Assembly (NCBI GenBank): GCA_934148845.1 | Contig: CAKPDH010000001.1 | Location: 22,586-86,585, forward strand | DNA length: 64,000 nucleotides | Origin: an uncultured Bacilli bacterium | GTDB lineage: Bacteria; Bacillota_I; Bacilli_A; RF39; UBA660 | Direction of reading: 5' to 3' | Part shown: piece after piece, positions 30,533-40,374 of the stretch | How the letters are laid out: every line of letters starts with the position of its first letter | How positions within the stretch are numbered: position 1 is the stretch's first letter | The notes under the pieces: generated by a model | Told to the model about the DNA's origin: nothing | What the model saw: only the letters and a program-made list of their open reading frames with translations | Databases searched by the model: none | Position numbers and translations under genes: made by a program

Positions 30533-31093
30533 TTAGTAAATAATATCTGGAAGTAATTGATTTAAATATTCAATTACTTTTTCTTTGCTATTAGCTTTAG
30601 GATTTTTTAAATAATCAATACCTACATTTATAACAGCTCCTATATAAAAACTTGATATAAAATCTACAGGTATATTTAAACTTTTTTCTTTGCTTAAATT
30701 TTCTTTTATTGAAGCATTTAATGTATTATAAATCATATCCATAACAATACTATTTTTATTATTATTTATAATCGCACTATATACATAAATATTTTCATCA
30801 ATATGATTAAGTAATATTTCTATCATTTTAATATAATATTCTTTAGTATTTTTAATGTTTTCATTTTCTTTTAATAAACTTTCAAGTTCTATTTTAAGAT
30901 CAGATATAAGTGAGTATAATAGTTCATACTTATCATTGAAATGTGCATAGAAAGTTGATCTATTTATAAGTGCATTTTCACATATATCAGATACTTTTAT
31001 TTCTTCAAAAGTTTTATTACCCATTAAATTTAACAAACTATTATATAAATTTTTCTTAGTTTTTACTACTCTTAAGTCTATCTTTTTCATCAA
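30533..31093 (-). CDS. TetR/AcrR-family transcriptional regulator
   Basis: N-terminal HTH block FEEIKVSDICENALINRSTFYAHFNDKYEL. 186 aa. Divergent from the MMPL gene. Confidence 0.85.
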   Translation of the reverse strand: MMKKIDLRVVKTKKNLYNSLLNLMGNKTFEEIKVSDICENALINRSTFYAHFNDKYELLYSLISDLKIELESLLKENENIKNTKEYYIKMIEILLNHIDENIYVYSAIINNNKNSIVMDMIYNTLNASIKENLSKEKSLNIPVDFISSFYIGAVINVGIDYLKNPKANSKEKVIEYLNQLLPDIIY

Positions 31094-31125
31094 ATCACCT
31101 TAATACTAATTATACTCAAAAAAAG

Positions 31126-31152
31126 ACTTTTGTAAATATAAACAACAAAAGT
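31126..31152. promoter_or_regulatory. Inverted repeat ACTTTTGT-N11-ACAAAAGT; candidate TetR operator
   Basis: Perfect 8-bp arms in the divergent tetR/MMPL intergenic region. Confidence 0.4.
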
Positions 31153-31267
31153 TGCTTATATAACGGTACATTTCACAAAAAATGTTGGATATTATACAAA
31201 ATAAAAAAAGTGTTAGTTAAATTTTAAAAAATATGGAATAAAATATTCACGTAAATGGAGGTATTTT

Positions 31268-33316
31268 ATGAGTAAAATTAGAAATTTTATAACTAATCAT
31301 AGTTTACTTATATTAATTATATCTATTTTGCTTTTAATTCCAGCAACAATTGGATATATTAATACTAAAATAAATTATGATATATTAGTATATTTACCTG
31401 ATAATATTGATACAATAAAGGGCGAAAATATACTAACTAATGACTTTAAAGTCGGATCTTATGCATTTGTTATTCTTGAAAATATGAGTGGTAGTGATGC
31501 ATTAAAGATTGAAAATAAAATTAAGAAAATAGATGGTATAAATGAAGTTTTAAGCATATACGATATACTTGGAACAACAATACCAGAATCTATGCTACCT
31601 AGTTCAATAAAAGATAAATTATATAAAGATAATACTACAATATTATTTACTACTATAGCTTCATCTTCTAGTAGTACAGAAGCATTAGATGCAATTGAAG
31701 AATTAAGAAGTGTAGTTAAAGATTCAACTAAAGTAAGTAGTATGAGCGCTATGGTATTAGATACAATGAATTTATCTAATAAAGAAGTATTTGCTTATGT
31801 ATTAATTGCTGTTATTTTCTGTTTAACAGTATTACTTATTACAACAGATTCATACTTAATACCATTTTTGCTTCTAATAAATATAGGAGTTGCAATTATA
31901 TATAATTTAGGTACTAATATATTTTTAGGTAATATTTCATATATTACAAAAGCTATAACAGCTATATTACAACTTGGAGTAACAATGGATTTTTCAATAT
32001 TTTTATATCACAAATATGAACAACATAAAAATACTATTAAAGATCCAAAGGAGGCTATGAGTTTAGCTATTAAGGATACTTTTAAGTCAGTAATAGGTTC
32101 AGCACTTACTACTGTAGCTGGCTTCTTAGCTCTTTGCTTTATGGAATTAACACTTGGACTTGATATTGGTATAGTAATGGCTAAAGGTGTAGTTTTTGGG
32201 TTTATAACAGTTTTAACTTTATTTCCATCTTTGTTATTAATATTTGATAAATATATTGATAAAACAAAACATAAAAACATATTTCCAAGTTTTAACAAAC
32301 TTAAAGAATTTGTAATAAAGAGACATAAATTAATATTACTAATATTTGCTTGTTTATTAGTTCCTGTAATTATTGGTAATAGTAGATATAAGGTATACTA
32401 TAAATTAGATGATTCTCTTCCAGATGATTTAGCATTTAAAGTTGCTAATAAACAGTTAAAAGAAAAATTTAATATAGTAACTCCATATATAATAATAGTA
32501 GATAAAAATATAGATAGTAATTCTTTAAATGAATTAACTACTGATTTAAAAAATATTGATGGTATAGATTTAGTTTTAGCACCTAGTTCATTGATAACCA
32601 AAGGAGTTGACTTTATATTTAATGATAATTTAAAATCACTAGTAAATAATTCAAAATATAATCTAGTATTAGTTAACTCAAAGTATGAATTAGCAAGTGA
32701 AGAATTAAATAATCAAATAAGTAAGTTAGAAAAAGTAGTAAAAAAATATGATAGTGGAGCACTTATAGCAGGTGAGGGACCGCTTATGAAAGATTTAGTA
32801 GAAATATCAGATCATGATTTTAAAATGGTTAATACAATATCTATAGTAGTTATATTTATTATAATGATGTTTGTTTTAAAATCATTCCCACTTGCGGTAC
32901 TCATTGTTACATTAATTGAATTTGCAATATTCTTTAATATGTCCATTGCTTATTATACTAATGTATCTTTACCATTTATATCATCAATAGTAGTAGGAAC
33001 AATCCAACTTGGGGCAACAATTGACTATGCTATATTGCTTTCTACAAAATATATTGAAGAGAGAAAAAATGAAAAAGATAAATATAAAGCTATGAAGAAA
33101 ACATTAAACACAACAGTAAGTTCAATAATTGTATCCGCACTTTGTTTCTTTGCAGCCACTGTAGGTGTATTTATATATACAAAAATAGATATGATAGGAT
33201 CTATATGTGAATTATTATCACGTGGTTCTATAATAAGTATGATATCAGTAATAACTATATTACCTAGTTTATTACTAGTATTTGATAAGTTATTTATAAA
33301 AAAGGAGGAAAAATAA
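31268..33316 (+). CDS. MMPL/RND-superfamily transporter (YdfJ-like)
   Basis: 682 aa. Two repeats of (TM + extracytoplasmic loop + 5 TM). LQLGVTMDFSIFLYHKY and IQLGATIDYAILLSTKY are the paired MMPL motifs. Confidence 0.75.
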   Translation: MSKIRNFITNHSLLILIISILLLIPATIGYINTKINYDILVYLPDNIDTIKGENILTNDFKVGSYAFVILENMSGSDALKIENKIKKIDGINEVLSIYDILGTTIPESMLPSSIKDKLYKDNTTILFTTIASSSSSTEALDAIEELRSVVKDSTKVSSMSAMVLDTMNLSNKEVFAYVLIAVIFCLTVLLITTDSYLIPFLLLINIGVAIIYNLGTNIFLGNISYITKAITAILQLGVTMDFSIFLYHKYEQHKNTIKDPKEAMSLAIKDTFKSVIGSALTTVAGFLALCFMELTLGLDIGIVMAKGVVFGFITVLTLFPSLLLIFDKYIDKTKHKNIFPSFNKLKEFVIKRHKLILLIFACLLVPVIIGNSRYKVYYKLDDSLPDDLAFKVANKQLKEKFNIVTPYIIIVDKNIDSNSLNELTTDLKNIDGIDLVLAPSSLITKGVDFIFNDNLKSLVNNSKYNLVLVNSKYELASEELNNQISKLEKVVKKYDSGALIAGEGPLMKDLVEISDHDFKMVNTISIVVIFIIMMFVLKSFPLAVLIVTLIEFAIFFNMSIAYYTNVSLPFISSIVVGTIQLGATIDYAILLSTKYIEERKNEKDKYKAMKKTLNTTVSSIIVSALCFFAATVGVFIYTKIDMIGSICELLSRGSIISMISVITILPSLLLVFDKLFIKKEEK

Positions 33317-33317
33317 T

Positions 33318-34790
33318 ATGAAAAAATTATATGTGTTATTTATAAGTTTAATTTTTCTACCATTTAATATATATGCATTAGAAAAACAAGAAACTGTATA
33401 TTCTAGTTTAAGTAGTAATGGTGAAGTTAAAAATGTAGTAGTAGTAAATCATCTAAAAAATCCTGATGTAGGAGATATAGAAGATTACTCTGAACTTGAG
33501 AAAATTGTTAATTTAAATGGAAATGAAAAATATACTTTTAACAATAATACTCTTTTATGGAAGAGTAGTGGTAATGATATTTTTTATAGAGGAGAGATAA
33601 ATAAGGTATTACCACTTCAAACTAAAATTACTTATTATTTAGATGGTAAATTAGTGGATTTAAAAGATTTAATAGGTAAAAAAGGTAATGTAAGTATAAA
33701 AATAAATTTAAGAAATTCTCTTAAAAATAATGTTAGAATTTATGGAAAAAATGAAACAATATATACTCCATTTGTTGTAACTTCTGTTATGTCTTTAGAT
33801 GAAAACTATAGTAATATAAGTGTAAGTCATGGTAAAGTAGTATCTAATGGAAATAGAAATTATGTAGTAGGTATAGCTTCTCCAGGATTAAGTGAATCAT
33901 TAAATTTAGATGATAATTTTGATAATATTACAGTAAGTTTTTATACTAAAAATTTTAATTTAGGTAATATATATTTATTATCTACTCCTAAATTTACAGA
34001 TTCTTTAGATGTAGATGTATTTGATAAAGCTAAAGAACTAACGAGTGGTATTACTTCTATTAAAACTAATATGGATACTATAGAAGAAAAAATAGGCTTA
34101 CTTTATGATGGTACAGAAAAATTAGATAATGGATTAAAATTAATGTTACAAAAACTAGATAAGGCTAAAGAATCACTTTCTAAATTAAAAAGTAATTCTA
34201 CTCTTTTAAATACTAATGTTGATAATATAATAGAAGAATTAGAAACACAAAAAAGTAATTTAGATATTTCTAAGTATAGTAAAGAAATAGAATCATTAAA
34301 AACATTGAAATCAAATAATACAAAGTATATAGAAATATTAAGTAAAGATGAAAATAATAAGTCTTTAGTAGAACTTCTTAAAGCTAATAATAATTCTATA
34401 GATAGAACTTTAAGTATATTTAATGAAATAAGCATAGAAGCAAATGCAACAATAAATAAATTAGAATTAGTAATTAAAAATTTAAAAGTAGCTACAACAA
34501 AATTTGATGCTGGAATTGATGAATTTATATTAAATATGGATGAATTAGGTACTAAAGTAAATACTCTAGTAGATGGAATATCTAGTATAAATGAAGGATC
34601 ATTAAAGCTTAAAATGGGTATCAGTGAAATTAATAATAAGGGTATTAATAAATTATATAATTATTCAAATTTAATTTCTTCGTACTCAAATAAGGCAGAA
34701 GCTATGGTAGATTTATCTAATAATTATAAAGGTTATTCTACTAATAATGCTAGTAAGACATTCTTTGTATCAGTTGTAAATATAAAATAA
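33318..34790 (+). CDS. Secreted YhgE/Pip-N-terminal-like protein with X-X-X-Leu-X-X-Gly heptad repeats (MMPL partner)
   Basis: Signal peptide. Repeated coiled segments such as LYDGTEKLDNGLKLM and LVDGISSINEGSLKLKMGISEI. Translationally coupled to the MMPL gene (TAATATG). Confidence 0.45.
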   Translation: MKKLYVLFISLIFLPFNIYALEKQETVYSSLSSNGEVKNVVVVNHLKNPDVGDIEDYSELEKIVNLNGNEKYTFNNNTLLWKSSGNDIFYRGEINKVLPLQTKITYYLDGKLVDLKDLIGKKGNVSIKINLRNSLKNNVRIYGKNETIYTPFVVTSVMSLDENYSNISVSHGKVVSNGNRNYVVGIASPGLSESLNLDDNFDNITVSFYTKNFNLGNIYLLSTPKFTDSLDVDVFDKAKELTSGITSIKTNMDTIEEKIGLLYDGTEKLDNGLKLMLQKLDKAKESLSKLKSNSTLLNTNVDNIIEELETQKSNLDISKYSKEIESLKTLKSNNTKYIEILSKDENNKSLVELLKANNNSIDRTLSIFNEISIEANATINKLELVIKNLKVATTKFDAGIDEFILNMDELGTKVNTLVDGISSINEGSLKLKMGISEINNKGINKLYNYSNLISSYSNKAEAMVDLSNNYKGYSTNNASKTFFVSVVNIK

Positions 34791-34801
34791 TTTTAAATAT
34801 T

Positions 34802-34830
34802 AAAAATGTAGATGAATTTCTACATTTTTT
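34802..34830 (+). terminator. Rho-independent terminator
   Basis: AAAAATGTAGA-TGAATT-TCTACATTTTT, an 11-bp stem plus T-run. Confidence 0.75.
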
Positions 34831-34905
34831 AAATTTATAAAATATAAATGTTAAGTTAATCCCAAATTCTATTAATTTTCATAAAATATGACGGAGGTAT
34901 ATATT

Positions 34906-36246
34906 ATGAAAATTAAAATTGATTCTAGAAAAGTAGTTCCTGGTGATACATTTATAGCCTTAAGAGGGGAAAATGATGATGGTCATAATTATGTATATGA
35001 TGCTATTAAAGCTGGAGCATCTACAGTTATAGTGGAAGAAGGATCATATACTGTAAATACAATTGTAGTTAATAATACAAAAGAATATTTAAAAGAATAT
35101 CTAGAAAATAATTACTATGATAATATTAAAAAATTAAAATTAATAGGTATGACTGGTACTAATGGTAAAACTACAACTTGTTTTCTTATATATCAAGCCT
35201 TAAATAAGTTAGGAATTAAATGTGCATATATAGGTACAATTGGATTTTATATAAATGATTTAAAAATTGATACTAATAATACTACTCCTAATTTATATGA
35301 ACTATATAATATGCTTTTAGAATGCGTCGATAATAATATTAAATATGTAGTTATGGAAGTAAGTAGTCAAGGTATATCTATGGGAAGAGTAGATACTTTA
35401 TCTTTTGATTATGTAATTTTTTCTAATTTAACACAAGATCACTTGGATTATCATAAAACTATGGAAAATTATTTAATTGAAAAGCAAAAATTATTTAAAA
35501 TGACTAGAGATGGTATTGCTATAGTAAATAATGATGATTCATATAAAGATTATTTTCTTTTAGATAATAATCGTAATATTACATATGGAGTTAGTGGAGA
35601 TTATAAATTTAATATAATTAGTTCAACTTTGAATGGAACTATATTTAAAGTAAATGATTATGAGTATTATACTAAATTAATTGGTAATTATAATATATAT
35701 AATATAACAGTAGTTATAGCGTTACTTAATTTATTAAATATAGATTATAATGATATAAAAGATATAATATCAAATTTAGAAATGCCGCCAGGTAGAATGG
35801 ATTTAATAAAATATAATAATAATTATATAATAATAGATTATGCTCATACACCTGATGCAGTATATAAAATAATAAATGAAGTAAGTAAACTAGAGCATAA
35901 TAAAATTATTACAATGATAGGTTGTGGAGGTAATAGAGATAAGAAAAAACGTCCTATAATGGGAAAGATTGCAACAGACAATTCTGATTATGTAATATTT
36001 ACAAATGATAATCCAAGATATGAAAATGGAATGAAAATAGTAAAAGATATGATTTGTAAACTTGACAAAAAAAATTACAAAGTTAAGTTAAACAGGCATA
36101 AAGCAATAGAATTTGGTATACAAATGTTATCAAAAGGTGATATACTATTATTACTAGGAAAAGGACATGAGAATTATCAAATTATAAAAAATAAAAGAAA
36201 AAAATTTAGTGATAAGGAAGTAGTCTTAAAATATATTAGGAGATGA
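34906..36246 (+). CDS. murE: UDP-N-acetylmuramoyl-L-alanyl-D-glutamate--2,6-diaminopimelate ligase (DNPR motif present)
   Basis: DSRKVVPGDTFIAL, P-loop GMTGTNGKTTT, TNLTQDHLDYH, PPGRMDL, IIDYAHTPDA, GCGGNRDKKKRP, FTNDNPRYE. ATG 34906 lies 8 nt after GGAGG. Confidence 0.85.
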   Translation: MKIKIDSRKVVPGDTFIALRGENDDGHNYVYDAIKAGASTVIVEEGSYTVNTIVVNNTKEYLKEYLENNYYDNIKKLKLIGMTGTNGKTTTCFLIYQALNKLGIKCAYIGTIGFYINDLKIDTNNTTPNLYELYNMLLECVDNNIKYVVMEVSSQGISMGRVDTLSFDYVIFSNLTQDHLDYHKTMENYLIEKQKLFKMTRDGIAIVNNDDSYKDYFLLDNNRNITYGVSGDYKFNIISSTLNGTIFKVNDYEYYTKLIGNYNIYNITVVIALLNLLNIDYNDIKDIISNLEMPPGRMDLIKYNNNYIIIDYAHTPDAVYKIINEVSKLEHNKIITMIGCGGNRDKKKRPIMGKIATDNSDYVIFTNDNPRYENGMKIVKDMICKLDKKNYKVKLNRHKAIEFGIQMLSKGDILLLLGKGHENYQIIKNKRKKFSDKEVVLKYIRR

Positions 36247-36250
36247 TATA

Positions 36251-37243
36251 GTGTATCAATTAACAAGAGGAGTTTTATCAATTATGATAGGTTTTATTAT
36301 ATCTATAGTAATTGGTATTATTCTAGTACCACTTTTAAAGAAGATAAAAGTTAGACAATCAATAAGTTCTTATTTAGCAAAAAAGCATAAAAATAAAGAA
36401 GGAACTCCTACGATGGGAGGATTAATATTTATACTATCTACTTTAATTGCAATAGTTATATTGTTATTAACAAAAAAAATACAATTTTCAACTAACTTAT
36501 TTATAGTATTGTTTGTATTTGTATCATATGCAATTTTAGGTTTTATAGATGATTTCTTAATTATTAAAAGGCATAACAATTTAGGACTTACTGAGTTTCA
36601 AAAACTAGCTGGTCAACTTGTAATTGCGCTTGTGTTTTTCTATATATATATGAAAAGTGGTGCAAGACCAGTACTTGAAATATACACATTTGGTATAGAA
36701 ATAAATATGGGCTGGTTTTATGGAATATTCCTTTTGTTTATGTTAGTTGCAAGTAGTAATGCAGTAAATATTACTGATGGCCTTGATGGACTTGCAGGTG
36801 GACTTTCTATGATTGCATTTTTAACATTCGCACTTATAAGTGCAAATTCAAAAGCAATACAAGGTACATCTGAAATATCAGTATTTTGCTTTGTATTAGT
36901 AGGAGCTTTAATAGGTTTTCTTGCATTTAATTCAAGGCCTGCTAAAGTATTTATGGGAGATACAGGTTCACTTTCCTTAGGTGCTACTTTAGCAACTATT
37001 GCAATTATTACAAAACACGAAATCACATTTATTGTTGTTTCACTTGTATTTATATTTGAAACTTTAGTTTGCCTAATTCAAATAATTAGTATGGTGTATT
37101 TTCACAAAAAAGTATTTTTAATGACACCATTTCACCATCATTTAGAAAAATTAGGATGGAATGAAAGAGATATAGTAGTTGTATTTTTATGCGTTGGACT
37201 TCTTCTTTCTATGGCAGCTATAGTGTTTGGAGTATGGTATTAA
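36251..37243 (+). CDS. mraY: Phospho-N-acetylmuramoyl-pentapeptide transferase
   Basis: KEGTPTMGG, NAVNITDGLDGLA, MGDTGSLSLGA, PFHHHLE motifs. GTG start. Confidence 0.95.
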   Translation: MYQLTRGVLSIMIGFIISIVIGIILVPLLKKIKVRQSISSYLAKKHKNKEGTPTMGGLIFILSTLIAIVILLLTKKIQFSTNLFIVLFVFVSYAILGFIDDFLIIKRHNNLGLTEFQKLAGQLVIALVFFYIYMKSGARPVLEIYTFGIEINMGWFYGIFLLFMLVASSNAVNITDGLDGLAGGLSMIAFLTFALISANSKAIQGTSEISVFCFVLVGALIGFLAFNSRPAKVFMGDTGSLSLGATLATIAIITKHEITFIVVSLVFIFETLVCLIQIISMVYFHKKVFLMTPFHHHLEKLGWNERDIVVVFLCVGLLLSMAAIVFGVWY

Positions 37244-37247
37244 TTTA

Positions 37248-37278
37248 ATATAGAAATTATTATTTCTATATTTTTTTT
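37248..37278 (+). terminator. Rho-independent terminator after mraY
   Basis: ATATAGAAAT-TATT-ATTTCTATAT followed by T8. Confidence 0.7.
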
Positions 37279-37360
37279 ATAATAATTTAAAAATATGATA
37301 AAATTTTTTAGTATAATTTACATTTTTCAATATAAATAGTATAATTAAATTGGTGATAAT

Positions 37361-38320
37361 ATGGATATAGATAATATAGTTGTAAAAAGAAATCCTAGAA
37401 TAGTATTTATGGGAACACCTGATTTTAGTGTTCCAGTACTTGATTTGTTAAATAAAACTTATGGTGTTAAAGCTGTAGTAACTCAACCTGATAAAGAAGT
37501 GGGGAGAAATGGTAAAATAGTATATTCCCCAGTAAAAAAATATGCAATGCTTAATAATATAGTTGTTATACAGTTAAATAAAATAAAAGATTCTTATGAT
37601 GAAGTTATATCACTTGATCCAGATCTAATTGTAACTTGTGCATATGGACAAATTCTTCCAAAAGAACTTCTTGATTATCCTAAGTTTGGATGTATCAATG
37701 TACATGCTTCTTTGCTTCCTAAATTAAGAGGTGGAGCACCTATACATAGGGCAATTATAAATGGATATAAAAAAACTGGTGTAACTATTATGTATATGGC
37801 AGAAGGTATGGATAATGGTGATATAATAAGTCAAAGTGAAGTAGATATTTTAGATACTGATACAACCTCAATACTTCATGATAAACTAAGTATACTAGGA
37901 AGTAAATTATTAATTTCAACATTACCTAGTATTTTGGATGGAACGTGCAAGAGAGTTAGTCAAAATGATAGTGAGGTTACTTTTGCTCCAATAATAAAAA
38001 AAGAAGATGAACATATAGATTTTTCTAAAACAAGTCTAGAAGTATATAATTTAATAAGAGGATTAAACAGTTTTCCTGGTGCATATTTTTATTTGAACGG
38101 TAAAAGAATTAAAGTGTTTGAATCTATCATAGGAAATGAGTATTATACTGATAAAATAAATGGTGAAATTGTAAAGTTATATAAAGATGGTATTGGAATT
38201 AAAACAAGTAATGGAGTAATAATATTAACAAATATTCAACCGGAAGGTAAACCACGTATGTCAGCTAAAGATTATATAAATGGATTAAAAGAAAACATAG
38301 TAGGAGAAATAGTCTCATAA
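37361..38320 (+). CDS. fmt: Methionyl-tRNA formyltransferase
   Basis: IVFMGTPDFSVPVL, INVHASLLPKLRGGAPIHRAI, C-terminal OB-like domain ending QPEGKPRMSAKDYINGL. Confidence 0.95.
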   Translation: MDIDNIVVKRNPRIVFMGTPDFSVPVLDLLNKTYGVKAVVTQPDKEVGRNGKIVYSPVKKYAMLNNIVVIQLNKIKDSYDEVISLDPDLIVTCAYGQILPKELLDYPKFGCINVHASLLPKLRGGAPIHRAIINGYKKTGVTIMYMAEGMDNGDIISQSEVDILDTDTTSILHDKLSILGSKLLISTLPSILDGTCKRVSQNDSEVTFAPIIKKEDEHIDFSKTSLEVYNLIRGLNSFPGAYFYLNGKRIKVFESIIGNEYYTDKINGEIVKLYKDGIGIKTSNGVIILTNIQPEGKPRMSAKDYINGLKENIVGEIVS

Positions 38321-38940
38321 TGAGTAAAATAAAAGATTTTTTTGGTAACCCTAAAAAAAGGGGAGTTGCAAGACTTACATTTTATTTTATATTCTTTGTT
38401 TTTGTATTTATTATACTTGGGAGTCAAAATAGTAAAAAAATAAGTTCTAATAATGATATTTTAAAAGATAATTACACAATAGATGATTATTTAAGTTATA
38501 ATTTTAATATTAATTATAATTACCTAGATCATACTGATAATATTAATGGTACATATTATAAAGGAAAAGCTATATTTAATTTTTTAAACTCAAGATATTA
38601 TTATGAAAATGATATAACATATATAATAGATAATGATTTATATTATATAAGTGACATACAATATAATGTAAGTGAAATATTTAAAATAGGTGAAATTTAT
38701 AATAATTTAATATTTGAATCAAAGACAGAATATAAAGATGGTAAGATTGTTAATTTTTATACATTTAATCCTCAAAGTGATAGATATAGTAGTTTAGAAG
38801 AAACTAAAATAGATAAATTTATAACTTTTATAAAACTTAATTTAAAAGATTCAAATTTAATTAGTATAGAAATAGAGTATAGCAATATTAATGATGTTAC
38901 TTTTGATTTTAATAAAGAAAATTATACATATAGAGAGTAG
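38320..38940 (+). CDS. Membrane-anchored hypothetical protein (206 aa)
   Basis: Its ATG overlaps the fmt TAA (TAATG). Single N-terminal TM. Asn/Tyr-rich ectodomain with no recognised motif. Confidence 0.5.
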   Translation: MSKIKDFFGNPKKRGVARLTFYFIFFVFVFIILGSQNSKKISSNNDILKDNYTIDDYLSYNFNINYNYLDHTDNINGTYYKGKAIFNFLNSRYYYENDITYIIDNDLYYISDIQYNVSEIFKIGEIYNNLIFESKTEYKDGKIVNFYTFNPQSDRYSSLEETKIDKFITFIKLNLKDSNLISIEIEYSNINDVTFDFNKENYTYRE

Positions 38941-38946
38941 GTATTT

Positions 38947-40320
38947 ATGATAAATATAAAGTCTGATTCTAGGAAGATAAATAGAGGAGATATATTTGTT
39001 GCCTTAAAAGGAATTAGTAGTAATGGTGAGGACTATGTAGATGAGGCTATTAAAAGAGGTGCATCTAAAATAGTAGTAGAAAGTGATAATAAATATTTAG
39101 TTGATACATTAAAAGTTAATGATACTAGAAAATATTTAAATGAATATTTAGATCATAATTATTCTAAAGTATTATCCGATATGAAAATAATTGGATTAAC
39201 AGGAACAAATGGTAAAACAACTACTTGTTATTTAGTATATCAAATATTAAACTTATTAGGATATAAATGTGGGTATATAGGTACAGTTGGATTTTATTTA
39301 GATAAAAAAATTTCATCATTACCAAATACTAGTCCTGATATATGTGAACTTTATGATATGATAACTACTTCTTATGAATTAGGATATAAATATATAGTTA
39401 TGGAAGCAAGTAGTCAAGGTCTTGATATGGGAAGATTTTCAAATATTAAATTTGATATAGCAGCATTTACTAATTTAACACAAGATCATCTTGATTATCA
39501 TAAGACATTTGAAAATTATGCAAAGGCTAAACAAATTTTATTTAAAAAGTTAAAGAATAATGGAATAAGTATTTTAAATAGTGATGATAAATATTATAAT
39601 TACTTTTTATATGGAAATATATTTTATTATGGATTAAATGGTAATGATTATAAAATATCAAATATAAAACTTGGATATAAAACAGAATTTGATATAACTA
39701 TAAATAACAAAATATATAATGTAGAATCTAATTTACTGGGTGAATATAATATATATAATTTAGTATGTGCGATAGCTATAGTTAATAAGCTTAATATAGA
39801 TATTGATTCTATAATTAGTACAATAAGAAAGATAACAACCCCACCAGGTAGAATGGATTTAGTTAGGTTTAAAGATAATCTGATAATAATAGATTATGCT
39901 CATACGCCAGATGCTATGAAAAACATATATGATACTGTAAACAAAATAAAGAAGGGAAATGTATATACAATATTTGGCTGTACAGGAGATAGAGATAGAA
40001 CTAAAAGACCTTTAATGCTTTCTTTAGCGCTTAATAATAGTATTTATTCTATAATTACAAGTGATGATTTACACAATGAAGAATTTGATAGTATAATAAA
40101 AGATATGTTTATCAATAATAAAAAAAATAATTATAGTATAGTAAAAGATAGAGCTGAAGCTATAAAAAATGGCATGTCACTTTTAAAACATAATGATATA
40201 TTATTATTATTAGGAAAAGGCCATGAAGAGTTTATAATAGTTAAAGATAAGAAAATACCTTTTAATGATAAAAATGAAGTTTTAAAGATAATAAACGAAA
40301 GTAAGAGTATAAAAATATAA
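38947..40320 (+). CDS. MurE-family Mur ligase paralog lacking the DNPR motif; substrate unknown
   Basis: Collinear with MurE-1: DSRKINRGDIFVAL, GLTGTNGKTTT, TNLTQDHLDYH, PPGRMDL, IIDYAHTPDA, GCTGDRDRTKRP. The position aligned to DNPR reads SDDLHNEE. Confidence 0.8.
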   Translation: MINIKSDSRKINRGDIFVALKGISSNGEDYVDEAIKRGASKIVVESDNKYLVDTLKVNDTRKYLNEYLDHNYSKVLSDMKIIGLTGTNGKTTTCYLVYQILNLLGYKCGYIGTVGFYLDKKISSLPNTSPDICELYDMITTSYELGYKYIVMEASSQGLDMGRFSNIKFDIAAFTNLTQDHLDYHKTFENYAKAKQILFKKLKNNGISILNSDDKYYNYFLYGNIFYYGLNGNDYKISNIKLGYKTEFDITINNKIYNVESNLLGEYNIYNLVCAIAIVNKLNIDIDSIISTIRKITTPPGRMDLVRFKDNLIIIDYAHTPDAMKNIYDTVNKIKKGNVYTIFGCTGDRDRTKRPLMLSLALNNSIYSIITSDDLHNEEFDSIIKDMFINNKKNNYSIVKDRAEAIKNGMSLLKHNDILLLLGKGHEEFIIVKDKKIPFNDKNEVLKIINESKSIKI

Positions 40321-40330
40321 GAATTAAATC

Positions 40331-40359
40331 TTGTATTTTTATTTTATTTAAGATACAAT
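40331..40359 (+). promoter_or_regulatory. Promoter candidate (TTGTAT-17 nt-TACAAT)
   Basis: -35 at 40331-40336, -10 at 40354-40359, 15 nt upstream of the next gene's start. Confidence 0.4.
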
Positions 40360-40374
40360 AATATAGGTGGTATT

